Source: Proteromonas lacertae (Eukaryota). Taken from it: DNA of 64,000 bases. Below, one piece after another: positions 49,198 to 64,000 of the stretch. The notes under the pieces were generated by a model. That model did not search any database. It saw only the letters and a program-made list of their open reading frames with translations, and was not told the DNA's origin. Numbering within the stretch: position 1 is the stretch's first letter; each line of letters starts with the position of its first letter. The stretch is taken from the NCBI GenBank assembly GCA_002245135.1, contig NGBS01000878.1, positions 1 through 64,000 on the forward strand. Direction: 5' to 3'. The position numbers were made by a program, and so were the translations under genes.

Positions 49198-52100
49198 TTA
49201 CATAATATAACCATCAACCACCACTTGATGTTTTCTTTTATATGATCTATAAACATAATACGATAAACCCACAATAAGTACAGCACCTAATAATCCACCA
49301 ATTACACCACCAGCTATTGCACCACCATTTGAACTTTTCTTCTCATATCGTTGATGAACAAAATATACAACACCAAATCTATTTCCTTTTTCTAATTCCT
49401 CTTCGATTGTTATTCTATTACCATTTCTACTACATTGAACTGGTTCTTCTACATCCACTGTTAATGAATTCTTCTTCTTAAAACAACTATATTTCATATT
49501 TTTATCATTCGTTTTTAATGGAATTTGTAGTTTTGTTTTTATATTACATTGTAATGGTTTATCTGTGTCAAAATATATTTGATAAGAATATTCAACATAA
49601 CTCTGTGGATTTTTAATAACAAATTCAGTTGGATATACAGATAGACTGATATTTATTAATTCATTACATTTTCTCATTGATTGTGAATCTTTTATATCTA
49701 AAACAATATTATCCATCGGTTGATTCAATTTGATTGTATTATTATTGAATATTGGTTCAAATGTAATTTTATCTGTATTATTTGAATAAATTGAGTGAAT
49801 ACCAGCTTCTAATAGCATTATTCCATTATCTAAATCGTTCAAATCAAATAAATCGAACAAAGATGACAATACAGTGTAATATGATTTGTAATTACTATCT
49901 TGTAATAATCTATTATTATTGTTATTAGTTCCTTCTACTGTTATTGTTGTTGTTGTTTTTACAATCGGTGTAGTAGTTGTTATTATTGTTGTATCATTAT
50001 CATGACTTGTAATATTATCTAAAATTGCAGTAACTAATAATTCACCAATATCTTCTTTATTTTCAATATCCTTAGCAATTATTAAGGATGATTTTACTGT
50101 CACATCTATATACTGTTTATTACTCAATAACGTAGGTAAAATATTCACATTCTCTTCAGGTCTTGATCTCATGATAGTCGTGAATAAATCTTGAATAAAT
50201 ATATTCTCTTTTAATGCTATTGTTGATAAGATTTCATTTAAATATAAACTCTTTGGAGTATCATCAATCATTTCTCCTACTACAGTTCCATTATAAGATT
50301 GAATAATTAATACTTCTAAAAAGTAATCAGTTTTTATCCATTTCTCTTCTCCATGTTTATAACATATAAAATAAGTAGTTTGTTCTTGTAACCATTGAAT
50401 TGTAAAGTGAATAAGTATATCATCAGGGAAAACAGTTAATTCAAATGGATAACCAGTATGTTCATTACAATCTTCAGTTTTTGAGAATAGAAATAAATCA
50501 TTACTTTCTATACCTTTACCTCTTATTTGTAAGTGTTTCTGTGAACTGATTAAACCATATATTGGAGCTATTAAGTTGATATAAGGATCAGTTCTAAATG
50601 TCATTTTCAACTCGGAGATTTCTTTATTTAGTCCAATTCCATTTTCATCAATTTCATAACAATATATATCATACCAAGTGAAGTATATTAAATCATCAAT
50701 CTTAAATGGAGTATAATTGTTCCTAATTATTTCTTTCTTATATTTTGTATTATTATTATATATATCTTCAACACTCGTTGGTGTAATATCTAAATAATGT
50801 ATTAATGGTAAGCAATAAACAGTAGCATCTGAGGAGGAATATAGTAACAATTCAATTGAATCAAAACTAGTACTTTGTAATGTAACTGTTAATTCAGGAT
50901 AAGGATTAGTAGTTCTAAAGTTCTGTTTATTGACATTCAAATCAGATTCATCTCCATTCTCAGTTTCAATTCCACAGTATAATGTATATTCCATTTCATT
51001 TAATAGGTTATTCACTGTAATTGAGACTGTTTTATTTATTTCTAATTCTTTCTTTGATTCGGATGATAGTAACTTCAAAGTAGTCCAACTTGGTTGAGAA
51101 TCATATATAATACGACTTAAACAGTAAATATATCCTTTCAATTCACTCTCTATTTCAACATCTACAGAATTTGGAGAAGGTTTGACTGATGTTATTGTCA
51201 TTGTTGGAATGATTAATGTTTTTGTTTTAAATGTCATATCTTTAATAGATGTTGATACAGATACTTCATTCATATTATAACCAGTACAATACACATTGTA
51301 TTCTGTCTCAGATTTAAGGGATGGAATTGTAATCTGAGTAATTTCATTGGCTGTTGTAACTGATAAAGGATCACTCGTTGTAAACTTTTCATCAAATTCT
51401 ATATTCGTCAATTGAGCTTTACACTTTATATAACCATCTTGACTTAATACAGCTGTAACTAATATACTTTGAGATAAAGGATTGACTTTTATATTAGTTA
51501 GTGTTGGTGCTGATGATGGTAATGTTGTAGTTGTAAAGTCTTTCTTTGATACTGCTGATTCTGTATTTACATTATCAACCATATGGCATTCTAATCTATA
51601 AGATGTAGAAGGTGTCAAGCCATATTCAAACTTTGTAAAATCAGATAACGAATGGATGGATGTATAATAATTTGTAGTAATTGCTTCATCATTACTATCA
51701 TACACTTGACATTGATAAATACCATTCATTGAGGCTTTTAATGTATATTTTATTGAATTACTAAATGGAGTAACTGATACTATGGTTATTGATGGTTTTG
51801 ATGCTGTTTTGATTGATAAATGTGTACTTTCTATAGTTTGTTTCATTTCCAAAGGTCTTTCACTGTATGAATAACCATTACAATATATATGATAATCAGT
51901 ATTGGATTCTAAACTACTAATTGTATAGGAACTTTCAACATCTTTCAATAATATAAAATCTAAATTAACAAAATGTGAATCTGTTGGGACTTTATTCTCT
52001 TTTAAAGCAATACATTCTATTAAAGCATCTCTTGTTGATTTTATATTTAATATAACTGAAATAGATGTTGTTGAATTTTGTTTAATTGTGAATTCAGGTG

Positions 52101-55100
52101 ATGAAGTGGTTGTATTTACTTGAAGTAATAATAATTGAGATGATAAACCTTCTTCGTTGATTATATTGTAATAAATATTGTAAGTTTCATTGTCTTTTAA
52201 TTTATCAAATTCACCTTCATATATTTTCATCATTTCAGTTGTTTTGGTTGTCCTATTAATTGAATAGATTTCTTCTTCTATTTCTGTACTATTACTATCT
52301 TTGTTATAATATTGAATATAAGGTAATGATGCAGATTGAATGTTAATCACCATTATTCCCATTTGATCACTTACTATTTTATATTTTATCAAACTATCAC
52401 TTACATCAGCTATTTGAATAGTAACCATTGGATAATCAGATGTTTTAATTGTCGTTAGTGTTGACTGAATGGGTAAACTGTAATTCTGATAATTGATTAA
52501 AAGACAATATAAATAATAATTCGTATTAGGCCATAAGTTATCAAAATTGAAATAATTTCCTTCATTTTGATTCACATTTTGTAATGATTTGAACATATCT
52601 CTTTTAGGAATATTCATACTATTTGATTCAATTATACAATCAATTATGTCAGTGTAATTCGTAATGACGTTAATATTAATCGTTGTTGTTGTTGTATTAC
52701 TATCAACTGATATTATTTCTGGGTTATTTGATGGTGTATATATTTCCAAATAAGTATCTTCAATTACATTCATCATTTTATTACCATATATATCAGTTGC
52801 ATAGAAATATAATAATCGATAAATATTAGGTTGAAAATGATTGTAATGATATAAATATGTCTTATTTGCTTCTTTCACTGTCAGTATCAAGTTTGGATTG
52901 CTGAGAAAATCATCTTCTGTTGGAATTATGTGAATATTATTATCAGTTGTTGTTGTTGTTGTTGTTGTTTCTTCATTCAATATTGTCTCATTATACACTA
53001 TAATATATATTAATCCAGGATAAGTCAATTTAAATCCAATAATAATATCATTCGTCTTACTTTCTAAGATTGAATAAGTTAAATTTGGATTATTCATTGT
53101 ATTGATTGATATGTATGAACTAATCATTGTTGAATAGGATATTTCTTGCATTATTGTATTCCAACCACCACAATAGATATAATACTGTGTCTTTGGCTTT
53201 AATCCAGTGATTGTATAATTAATTTTTGAATTGGAATAGACAAATATTGTATCTTCAGCTGTTGATGATGTGATTTGAGTCGGTACTTCGGTTTTCAAAC
53301 AAGCTACACATGAAATATAACCATCTACATTGGCTCTTAATGATAATGTCATATGGGAGGACTCTGTATCTTCCACTGTAATATTCGATAAGATTAATCG
53401 ACTGGATGAATATAAGGTTTGAGCTCTTAAATATTGCACTGCTTCTGTCTGAATTAATGGTTTGATTCTTCCATATAAATAAGTACAATAAATATCATAG
53501 ATTGTATTTGGTTTCAGTGATTCTATTGGTATATTAGCTGTATATAATAGAGTATCATCGTCTGTTATATTTGTATCTAAAATATAAACTATTTTATTAT
53601 TATCATTATCATAATTGATTATATAATCATTTGTCATTGTTTCACTATATTCTCTTATATATTGTTGTTGTTGTTGTTGTTGTATTGATGAAGAGGATGA
53701 TTCAAAATATAAACACTGTACTTCACCATATCCATTATATAACATATTCAGTATTAATGAATTATATCCGTTACTCAATAAATCTATATCAAAATACACT
53801 GTACTATTTGTCTCAACTGTATTTTCATAAGTTACAACACCTGAACTAAATGTATTATTTCCTATCATAATTGTGAATAAGCAATGAATATAATAAGTTT
53901 CATCACTTGCTAATCCTCGAATTGGATAAATACCATCACTTACTGTATTATTTATGTAATTGATATTCTCAAATACACTCAAAGAAGCAGTTGGTGAAAC
54001 AATGGCAGTACAAGTGAAATTATAATCTCTAAATAATTGTGTATTTGTATAAACATCCATTCCTGTGTTATATACATTCACTTTATCTATTGAAAATTGT
54101 ATAGATGGTCTTTCATTCTCAAATATATAATTATTTTGTTCTTCAGTTGTTATAAAATCTAATGTCTCAACCTCACTTTGAGTATTATAATCATCTACTC
54201 CATAACAATATAATGTATATTTTGTATTTGGTTCTAAACCACTGGTATATTGATGTAATGGTATATTCTCCGTTATTGTTACTGGTATTGTCGTTCTGAT
54301 AGTTGGTTTATCTAACTCAGGAATATTTCGATAGGTATGATAACACCAGAATTTACCATTCATATTCATCTTCACTTTGTAATGGAATTGTTGAGCATAA
54401 GTCACATTTACAGCTTCCAACTCAATTATAGGTGGTGATGATAATTTCGCAGTTAAAAGTGAAGAAGTATCACTTATTAATCCATAATTATTAATACCAA
54501 TACAATATATATCTTTTTCATTATAATCAAATATATAAATATCAATATTGACTGATTTTGTTGTGTCATTTATAAATTCTGTGAATTTCCAATTGTTTGA
54601 TATTAATACATCACCTGAATCAACATAATTACATCGAATAATACCTAACTGATTCATTGAAACAGATATTTGAATATATGAAGTTGTTACTGAATATACT
54701 TCACTTATTGAAACTACAGGTTTGGATATATAAGTAGTATAATATTTCATATTATTTATTATATCCTTTTCACTTATATAAATATGATTTCCTGATTGTA
54801 TAAGACAATATATATAATATCTTGTATCAGATTCTAAGTTATTTATTACTATTGAATTACTAACACCTACTTCCACAAATGGTGCTGTAGCTTGTTTATT
54901 ATGATTTTTTATTGAATTATAAACATTACCATTATTTTCATTATTATAATTCATTACACTTTCAAAGGCAGAACATGTTAATGATAATGTCGGAGTTCCT
55001 CTTTCAGTTATTAGTGTATAGGATATAGTCAAAGAATCCATTGTACTTTCATCTTTAGATGATAAATATAATGATGGATTAATCAATGTTTCAAATGGAA

Positions 55101-58100
55101 ATACTTTCGTTCTTAACAAATTATTATATAATAAACAATAAGCATGATATTTAGTGTTTGGCTTGAGATTATTAATTGTTATTTGAGAGATGGTTGAACC
55201 TGTAATAATTGTCTGATAAATACCATCATTTCCATCTTCAAACTCTTCTATACCAGGAATAACGGATGGATCAAATGCTTTACACTTTAAAGTATCAGTT
55301 TGGAAGTAATTACTTGATAAATATACAGATATTGTTATTATTGCTTCATATTGTGATGATTCTACTGTTATTACATCAATATGACTATTTAATGGAATAC
55401 TATCAGTTGTAAATGAATAATATGTTTGTTGAATTGTAGTTTGAGTTGGTAGAATAGCATACTGTGAAATACCATGACTTTTACAATAGATATAATAATG
55501 AGTAGATGGTGATAAGTTAGTGAAGATATATAATGATGGTTTATCTTGATATAATATCTTATCGTTTGGTTTTATTGTTATATCATTTGGTATATCAGAT
55601 ACTGTATCAATTACACATTTTACTTGACCATTTAATGACAAAGTAGTGAAGAATGAAATAGCTGTAGACATAGGATTATAGAGTGATAATGTTAATATTG
55701 GTAGTGACAGTGTAGATACTATTTCATTATAGATAATACTCGTCAAATTGTCTTCATTGTAAGATACACAATATATTGATACTATTGATTCTGGATTTAA
55801 GCCATGAATAATAAAAGAACCATTTAATGATGAACTATCTATATAATTCTTACTTGATGATATTTCAGACGTTTGACAGTATAAATATTTACCACATTTT
55901 GTTGATTTAAACACTGCATAAGTTGATGATATTTCACTCATTGATCCTTCTAAAGGTGGTGGTTCTAACAGTGTTCTATCAATTACAAACAACTGCTTAT
56001 TTGGATCTAATATTGAATATCCATCAATACTAAGAATACAATATATTGAATAACTTGTGTTTGATGTTAAATGGGGAAATAATACTGAATAAGCCTCATT
56101 TTCTGTTATATTAAATGGTCCTTTAGAATAAGGTGATTTATAAATATCACTAAATTCTGGAATATTCTCATTTTTACCAGTATATAATCTACAATATAAT
56201 TCACAACTACCTTCAGATGTTACTTTTAAATCAATTTCATTATAATTGAATTTACTTTCTATTTCTGCATTTACATAACTCAATATTGTTATTACTTTAA
56301 TATTACTCATATAATAATTTACTGTATTATACACGAAACAACCAACATTATACCTTACATTAGCTGTTAAAGACTTAAATAATATTTCATAATTAACATC
56401 ATTATCATTTATTGCTTTCTCTACTGATGGATAATTACCATTTAATTTTTCTAAGTAATAGTTTGGATTTTCAATATTGATAGGTATTGCTACACAATAT
56501 AGATAATTATTCGTTAAAGATGTAATTTCTTCTTCTTTTTTGGTTATTTTTACTATGACTTTTGCTTCACTACTTGAATGGCTCTCTAATATAATACTAT
56601 CTACATTTGCTACATTATTCTTATCAACTAATGTTTTAAGCATTTCATTAATTTCGTAGAAATATTTATCCATTAATATTACACATTGGAAATATTGAAC
56701 TGCTTCAATATCTAATAGTTTATATTTCAATTCATTATTCTTATTGATTTCTTTTATATTAAATTCTTCTCCTTCTTTTAATACTTTATCAATAGAATAA
56801 TCCTCATTTTCATTCACTATACAATATACTTTTATCTCTTCCAATGGCTTTATTATTAATGATATATCTTTACTTACATCATTCACTGTTATCTTATACT
56901 CAGGTGGAGAAGGTTGAGTTGATGTTAATATTGGAATTTTTATTGATACTTGTAGACTGGCATAATAAATATCATCTTTATAATAATATGGCCAACAATA
57001 TAACTCGTTATTAACTACATAACTTGCTACAGTGTGTTTATCATGATATATTTTATTCATTTCATAATCAGCTCCTCCATGTGCATCTGGTAATGTATTA
57101 ATTAAACTATTCTTATATTCACAATATATATTATAATCGTAATTAGTCCCATAGAATTCAAACACTATTGTCTTATCATTATAATATAAGAAATTATCAG
57201 ATATTTTAACTATTGGGTATTTAGCTGTATTTGGAATAATTTTATATATTGTTATATCAGCTGCATTCAAATAGTAACACATCAAATATTGATGTAATGT
57301 TGAACCATAAAATCCAATAACCAAAGTCTTACTATCTTTCTTTGTAGCTTGATCAATTGTATATTTTTCAGTTTTTGAATCGAATAGTTTATTGTCATAT
57401 GTCAATATTGATGAAGTTATACATTTATATTCATCTGTAGCTGGCATTGTAGTTCTATTATCATTAATTGAATATGTTAAATTATAAGTTTTACTTCCAT
57501 CATAATACGTTGATACAATATCCAATGGAGTATAGAAGAATGTTCTATCAACTATTTCACTCTTTATATTTTCTTCATCTTTTCCTACACAACATAATCT
57601 ATTATTCTCATTTTGATTAGTGTATTTCAAATTCACATGTTTTTGTGTATCTTTCACTGTTATTTCGACATTTGCATCTCTATCTATATTTACTGTATCA
57701 CAATCACTTCTTATATCACAATATACACTACCTTTTCTATTCATTGTTACTTGAACGGACAATTCATCATTACTAATTGATATACTACTTTGAACAGTTA
57801 ATGATGGTTTTACTGGACTTAATATTTCTATATTCTTTTTTAATGTTGATATTGGTTCATACTCTACATTATTTGGATCAGTAATTGCATCATAACTAAA
57901 ACAATATAAAGTATAGTATCCTTTCACTAAATTATCAAATTGATATACAATTGGAAGTGATGCTGTAGTAAAATCTACTGAATGATCATGTGATGCAATT
58001 AATTCATTCACAGAGGGAGTTAAATAGAAAGCATCTTTTAATTTACAATATAATGTACCTTGAGTTACTGTTGTTGATGTTACTTCCATTTTTATATTTA

Positions 58101-60571
58101 CCTTATCAACTACTTCTACATTAGATGTTATATAACTATTTTGTTTCTGTTTAACAGTTAATTCAATTGCAGCTGGATTTAATAAATAATTCTTTTCGTT
58201 TGAATATAAACACTTCACTTTATAATTACCATGATCATTTCCAGCATCTAATGCTATTGAATATGCATTATCTTTATAAGGAACATCTATTTTAGTACCA
58301 GATGAATAAATATCATTGGTGGTAGGATCTGGATCTGCTGATCCATATGTTTTACAATGTAATAATCCTATCCAAGGAGCATTAACAGAGAATGTATATA
58401 ATCCATACGATATCATTGGAGTTAAGGTTAAACTATTACCATTATAATTAGGAATTGTGATTATCATTGGTTTATTAATTAAATATATCATATCACCTCC
58501 ACTTCCAGCTATAGTAGTAAATACTGAACAATAAAAGAATTCTTCACCATAAGGTGTAGATTTTTCATATGAAACTTCATTACTTTCTTTTAAACTAATT
58601 GTATCACCAAATGATAATGATTTAATACTAAATGAATTAGAATCAGTACTACTCACACAGACTCCTTCTATATCACTTTTAACTTTATCAAATATAATAA
58701 ATACACCATCATTCATTCGATACTTCATTGATATATTCATTTCTTTTTCTACATTCGGATTGGCAGGAATATTATTAATTATATGAATGAAATCATCATT
58801 TGTACAGATTATTAAACTATCACTATCACTCTTATATGAAACAATTTCTTCTATTGAAGTAGTAATATCATATTCTGTATAATCACTATCAAAAGTAATC
58901 TTTTTAATTTCCTTATCCAACATACACTTAGTTTTACCATTAGAAGCTGGAGTTAATGAAAAATGAATTTCATCTGGAGAAATAGTAATAAACTTAAATG
59001 CAATTGTGGTTGTAAATGATTTTGGCTCAATTTTTATCTCTTCATTCACTTCATTCTTAGCTTTACAGCAGATTGTTCCACTTGCAAAATAACTCAATTC
59101 AAATCGATTGATTCCAATAGTCATATCTATTAAATCACTATCAGCTATTGTAATAGTAGTACAATCTGTAGCACCAGTTGATTGACATTTTATTGTTCCA
59201 TTTATATTCGATTCTACTTCATACATTAACTTATCACCTAATATAAATAAACTATAACTATCTACACTACCTTCATCTGTAGACTTTATTATTGGGCCAA
59301 CCAATTTACTAGTTCCAATTTCATTCCAAACCATACACCAAATACTATATTCAGTAGAAGGTTTTAAGTTATTTTTTTTATTTTCAACATCATTCTCATC
59401 ATAATTTGATGTTAATGTTAAAGTATTAGGAGATGTAGATATTGCACTTTTTCTATTAAATATAGTCACATCAGGTGTTTTATTTTCTTTATTTAATAAT
59501 AAACATGTATAAGGAGAATCATCTATATTTGTATCAACTTTAATGACTATTCCATATGGTAATTGTTTAGTTTCAGGTTCTATCTTAATTGTTCGACTAA
59601 AGTACATTAATTTTGACATTACATCTGATAATCCATCATGTTTATCTTTAGCTACACAATACATAAAATAATCTTTATCTTTTTCAATTGTTAAAGTCAC
59701 CATCACAGACACATCTTTACGACAATCATATGCATTATTTACACTGATTATATCATTCGCAGATGGTGTTAATTCTATACTATTATCGATTATATCTTTA
59801 GATTTGGAATCACAAAATAATTTTCCATCTATATCTACAGCTACTTGACATTTTCCAGTATTTTCACCATCATCAGTACAGTAATCGATTAATAGATTAA
59901 TTGGAATAGTATTTAAGATATTTACATATGAATATATATTACTATCAGTATTAGTAGCTTCTAAAAGACATGATAATTTATAACTATTACCACTGGTGAG
60001 AGGATTTAATTGAAAATCTTTATCTATCACCATTCTTAGACCATCTACATCATTAAACGGAGTACGAGGTGGAAAATCTGCAGAAATGAACTCATGGTCA
60101 GATAAACCAATTACACAGGCTGCTTTACAACCATCACAACCAGTTGCAGGATCGCAAGTACAAGCTTCAATTTTGATTTCGAATGCGGAAGAAAAGGCTT
60201 TCACTGTTACCATATTGTCAAGAATTGTTGGAGGTTTACCTCCTGTTTTTATGGTTACCTTTTCATGTTGAAGATCATTGTGTGAAATGCTAGAAGTGCT
60301 ACAAACCACATTATAATTGGTATTGTATTTTAGAGATTTAAATTCAAAATCTTTAGAACTTGTAACTAACTCTGATGGGGAACAACTTTCAGATTCGATT
60401 GTACAACACACAAATCTGGTTTCTACAGACACAGTTACTTTTATTGATGTTGATGTACTGATCTTGTTTGTTATTTTGCCACTTACCAAAGTACACCATA
60501 CAAACAATAATAAAATTGATTTTACCTATTTATATATACATCACTCTAAAATATACATATTTAATATTCAT
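49198..60571 (-). CDS. Giant (~3780 aa) type I surface protein built of tandem ~100-aa Cys-containing FN3-like repeats
   Basis: A 15-nt exon (ATG60571) plus the 31-nt intron 60526-60556 gives signal peptide MNIKYVKSILLLFVWCTLVSG. More than 20 L.(P/S).T.Y..YC motifs follow, then TM GAIAGGVIGGLLGAVLIVGL and a short basic tail. Confidence 0.9.
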
Positions 60572-61511
60572 TTCTATAATTATTAAATTCTTAACAGAGA
60601 GAATTAACGAAAAAACAAAACAAAAAAAACTCAATTCAAACTTAGTTTGGATTTAATTCGTTATTTTTTTGATGTTTTTTGAATTTATAAGATAAATATA
60701 ATTGCAATTATCGTATGTGAAATGTATATTCACACAATTAAACATTTTGTTGAGTATATTACATGTTTTTGAAGTAATTATACATTTTCATCCCTTTTGA
60801 GAGACTTAAAGAATAATTGGATATTTATGTGTATATGTTATAGAAAGGGGAAATAAACGGAAAAAATAAAGAGTAGTTAAATGTTTTATAACTAAAACGT
60901 ATATTATGAATGATATATGGTTATTTGAGAATTAAAATTTATCTGATTATGAATGTCATTTTAAGTAAGAAATATAATTTGAGTATTATATTTTATAGCA
61001 AAAAGAATACAAATTATACATTTTGATCATTGTTTTGTTGATTTATTATTGTAGTGTCAGTAATTGATTGTTCTAATAACTGTTAATCATATCAACTTGT
61101 TTAATCGATCAACAAAATGAGTTTCAATTCTTACTTTTGATTTTTTTTTCGTTATTTATAGATATTTAAGAAAATAATTTGTTGTATATTAGAAATATAA
61201 GAAATAAACAGTTCGTATTTTTAGTATTGGGTTTATGAAAACAAATTTTAAAACACCATAAATTCAATTTTATAAAAAAGAAAGGAAATTATACTGTAAT
61301 TAATAGAATAGGTATTTCAGTAGTATATCTGTAAATAATACATACAGAATCACTTAGTATTTGTGTCTTTAAAAACACTCTCGAAATTAATTTTGTAGAT
61401 AGATATTGATAAGAATAATGATATCGATGTAAATATCAAAAGCTCGTTATTCTTTGAAAAATATCTCAAAATCTAGTAATGTCGTTTCATGTATGAAAAA
61501 AAAAGTGGGTA

Positions 61512-64000
61512 ATGAAAATATTTTGGAATCCCTATTCATTTTTATTTATCGTAAATGATAACAGCTTTAAATAGTTGTAACTGTCGTGATATCAATTTAT
61601 CAGAATGGACATATTGGAACATTCATATCACTACTGATAAACAATTTTATAAACCAAAAGAAACTGTTTATATAATGGGTTATGTAACAGATCATGCTAC
61701 TCATACTGTAACTACGTTACCTGAAAATAATAAAATTATAAAACGAAGAAGTGAGATAGTTAAAAGAATTACCTTTAGTTGATGATTGTACAACTGAGAC
61801 AGTGATAATATCATCAGAAAGTGGATTTGAATTGAAGAGTGAAGTATCATTGAAAGAAGGTAGTTTCATGTATAAATGGGATATTCCAGAAAATCAAAGT
61901 GGAGGTGAATATACAATAAAATGTGAAAAATATCCATGTAAAAGTCGAAAAATCAACATTCAAAACTATATTCAACCTCAATTTACACTTGATATAAAAT
62001 TTGATAAAGAAGGTTATAATGAGAATGATTTAGTGAGTGGAATTATTTCAACTGTAGAAAGAGGAAGTGGAGAAATACTGGTTGAAAGTTGTAAAATATA
62101 CAGTCGAATTGATGATGTAATAATAAGTGGAAAAAGTAAAATATTGGAAGGTAAAATACTCTTCGAATTACAATTACCTGAGAAGATAAAAGAAGAGAAA
62201 AACATTTCATTAACAGTGAAGATCTGGTATAATGGTATGATAGGAAGTTCATCTAAAACAATTCCAATTGTGAATGATGAAAATGAATTAGATATAAAAG
62301 TATATGTAGAAAGTAGTTTCTATTTAATCAGTAATGTTCATAATGTGATATATTATGAATGTTTATTAAAGAATGGAAATCCAGGTGATTTTGAAGGTGA
62401 AATAATAGATAAGACGAATAACAAACGAATAATGCCAATCAAAACATTTCATGAAGGTCGAGGTAAATCAATTCCATTTATTCCTCAAAGTGGTATAGAA
62501 TATGCTTTACATGTAATTCATCCAAAATGTAAAAATAACATGATAGATTTGCCAGAGTATAAATATATTATATTATGATATATAGAGTAACAGAAGGAGC
62601 AATAATTCATTCAAATCATAATAGTTATAACATTAATTCAATCGAAATAGAAGTAGAAAGAAGTAAAATAAAGGAATAAATACTTCATTGGATTATATTT
62701 AAAAGAGATTGAGATGGATTATCGAAAAGTAATATTCGATAAACGAATAGGAAAGATAAGATTCTGTCTGAATGAAAATGAAGTAAATTTGGGAGGAGTA
62801 TTTCGAGTGACATTATATACTGAAGATGAAATCCCAATAGCTGAAAGATTGATATATGTAAATCCAAGTCATTCGATAAATATTGATATAAAAGAAGATA
62901 AAAACAATTACAAACCTGGAGAAACAGTAGAATTAACAATTAATACATATAATGAGAATAGTTTACCAATTGATTGCAGTATATAATATATATTATTTAT
63001 AATATAATATTGATATTATTTATAGATGTAAGTGTATTAGTAGTTGATGAAGGAATATTGAATTTAGAAGAAAAGAGATTACAAAATCCATCTCTCCCAT
63101 TAATGATTTATGTGGAAAATGAAGTAGATCATATAGAAGACTGTGATAGTTATTTGAGTAAAGAATTGGAAGGCAATGAAGAAATAGATTTATTGTTAGG
63201 AACTCAAGGTTGGCGAAGATTTATCTATAAGAATGTATTTGGAATCTATGATAATGAGAATGAAAGTATATATTTAATAATCAATATTAATGTTTAATAG
63301 AAGAAATTGAAAAATATAAAAGAATAATTGGAAGATTTCGAATAAAAATGTGTAAGAAAAAGGGTTGCAAAAGGGTTGTAAAGCCAAGATTTTTAGAGTA
63401 AAACCTCCTGATGTTTATAATTTTTCCAAACCAAATGTAGATCAAAATTTACAATCAAAGAATATCATAGTAGAAAGAGAATATGCTTATGATAAAAAAG
63501 AAATAAAAATAAGAAATGATTTTAGAAGTACTTTATTTTGTGAGAATAGTATAAAATGTAATAAAGTCATAAGAATAAAATTCCAATTAAGTGATTCAAT
63601 TAGTAGTTATCGAGTTAGAGTAGAAGGATTTAAATTAAATGATTCAATATATGGAAGTAAAGATATAATAATTTATACTAATTTACCTTTTTATTTAAAT
63701 TGTATTCCTCCTGTTTATGTTTGTGATAAAGATGAAATTCATTTACCAGTAGTTGTAAATTTAAATCCTGATTTATGTAAATCTAAAATAATAAGATTAG
63801 TATTAGAAAGTGATGATGGTTTAAAATGTGAAAATTATGAATATGAATGGTATGAAAAGAAAACAAGTCATAAAGAAGTATTTAGAATAAAAGCTGAATA
63901 TTTGAAAGGAAAGAAATCTGTAAATAATGATGAAATGAAATTAGAGAATGAAAATGATGATATTTGTGAATCAAGAATAAAGATATTAGCTTATAATGAT
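61512..64000 (+). CDS. Alpha-2-macroglobulin-like protein (5' part; runs off the window); may carry frameshifts
   Basis: TTDKQFYKPKETV, DKNNYKPGETVEL, VLVVDEGIL, DLLLGTQGWRRF and RNDFRSTLF...FQLSDSISSYRV...PFYL match MG2/A2M_N/A2M motifs; host-type introns are present. Confidence 0.8.

Noticed and set aside
60572..61511. ~0.9-kb AT-rich gap as a possible ncRNA or element
   Set aside because: No recognisable RNA structure, repeat or ORF; treated as divergent intergenic DNA.

Overview
This is very AT-rich, gene-dense eukaryotic genomic DNA with many tiny (about 25-65 nt) GT-AG introns, read in the standard genetic code. The intron size and compactness suggest a Blastocystis-like stramenopile protist (inference). 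The first ~10.4 kb looks like the right arm of an integrated Polinton/Maverick-like (adintovirus/MELD-type) dsDNA virus. It carries an Arg-rich core protein with GxG sites and amphipathic helices, a Pro-rich protein with foamy-virus-Gag-like chromatin-tether motifs, an rve integrase with a D-D-D triad, a zinc-finger protein, two intron-bearing ORFs and a repeat-rich putative terminus. Several of its genes carry single frameshifts or stops, and no capsid, ATPase, protease or polymerase gene is in the window. The rest is host DNA: a coiled-coil gene, a giant HECT E3 ligase (MIB/HERC2, UBA, NZF), an acidic repeat/IQ-like protein, a Mutator-DNA-binding-domain/NIF3 fusion head-to-head with PI4KA, a hidden Cys-rich microprotein, two tandem membrane-protein paralogues, a FAM13-like pseudo-RhoGAP, a divergent H2B/H2A.X pair, DHODH, a multi-bromodomain protein, SEC20, a ~3780-aa FN3-like surface protein, and the start of an alpha-2-macroglobulin-like gene. 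All family calls come from reading motifs by eye; no database searches were run.
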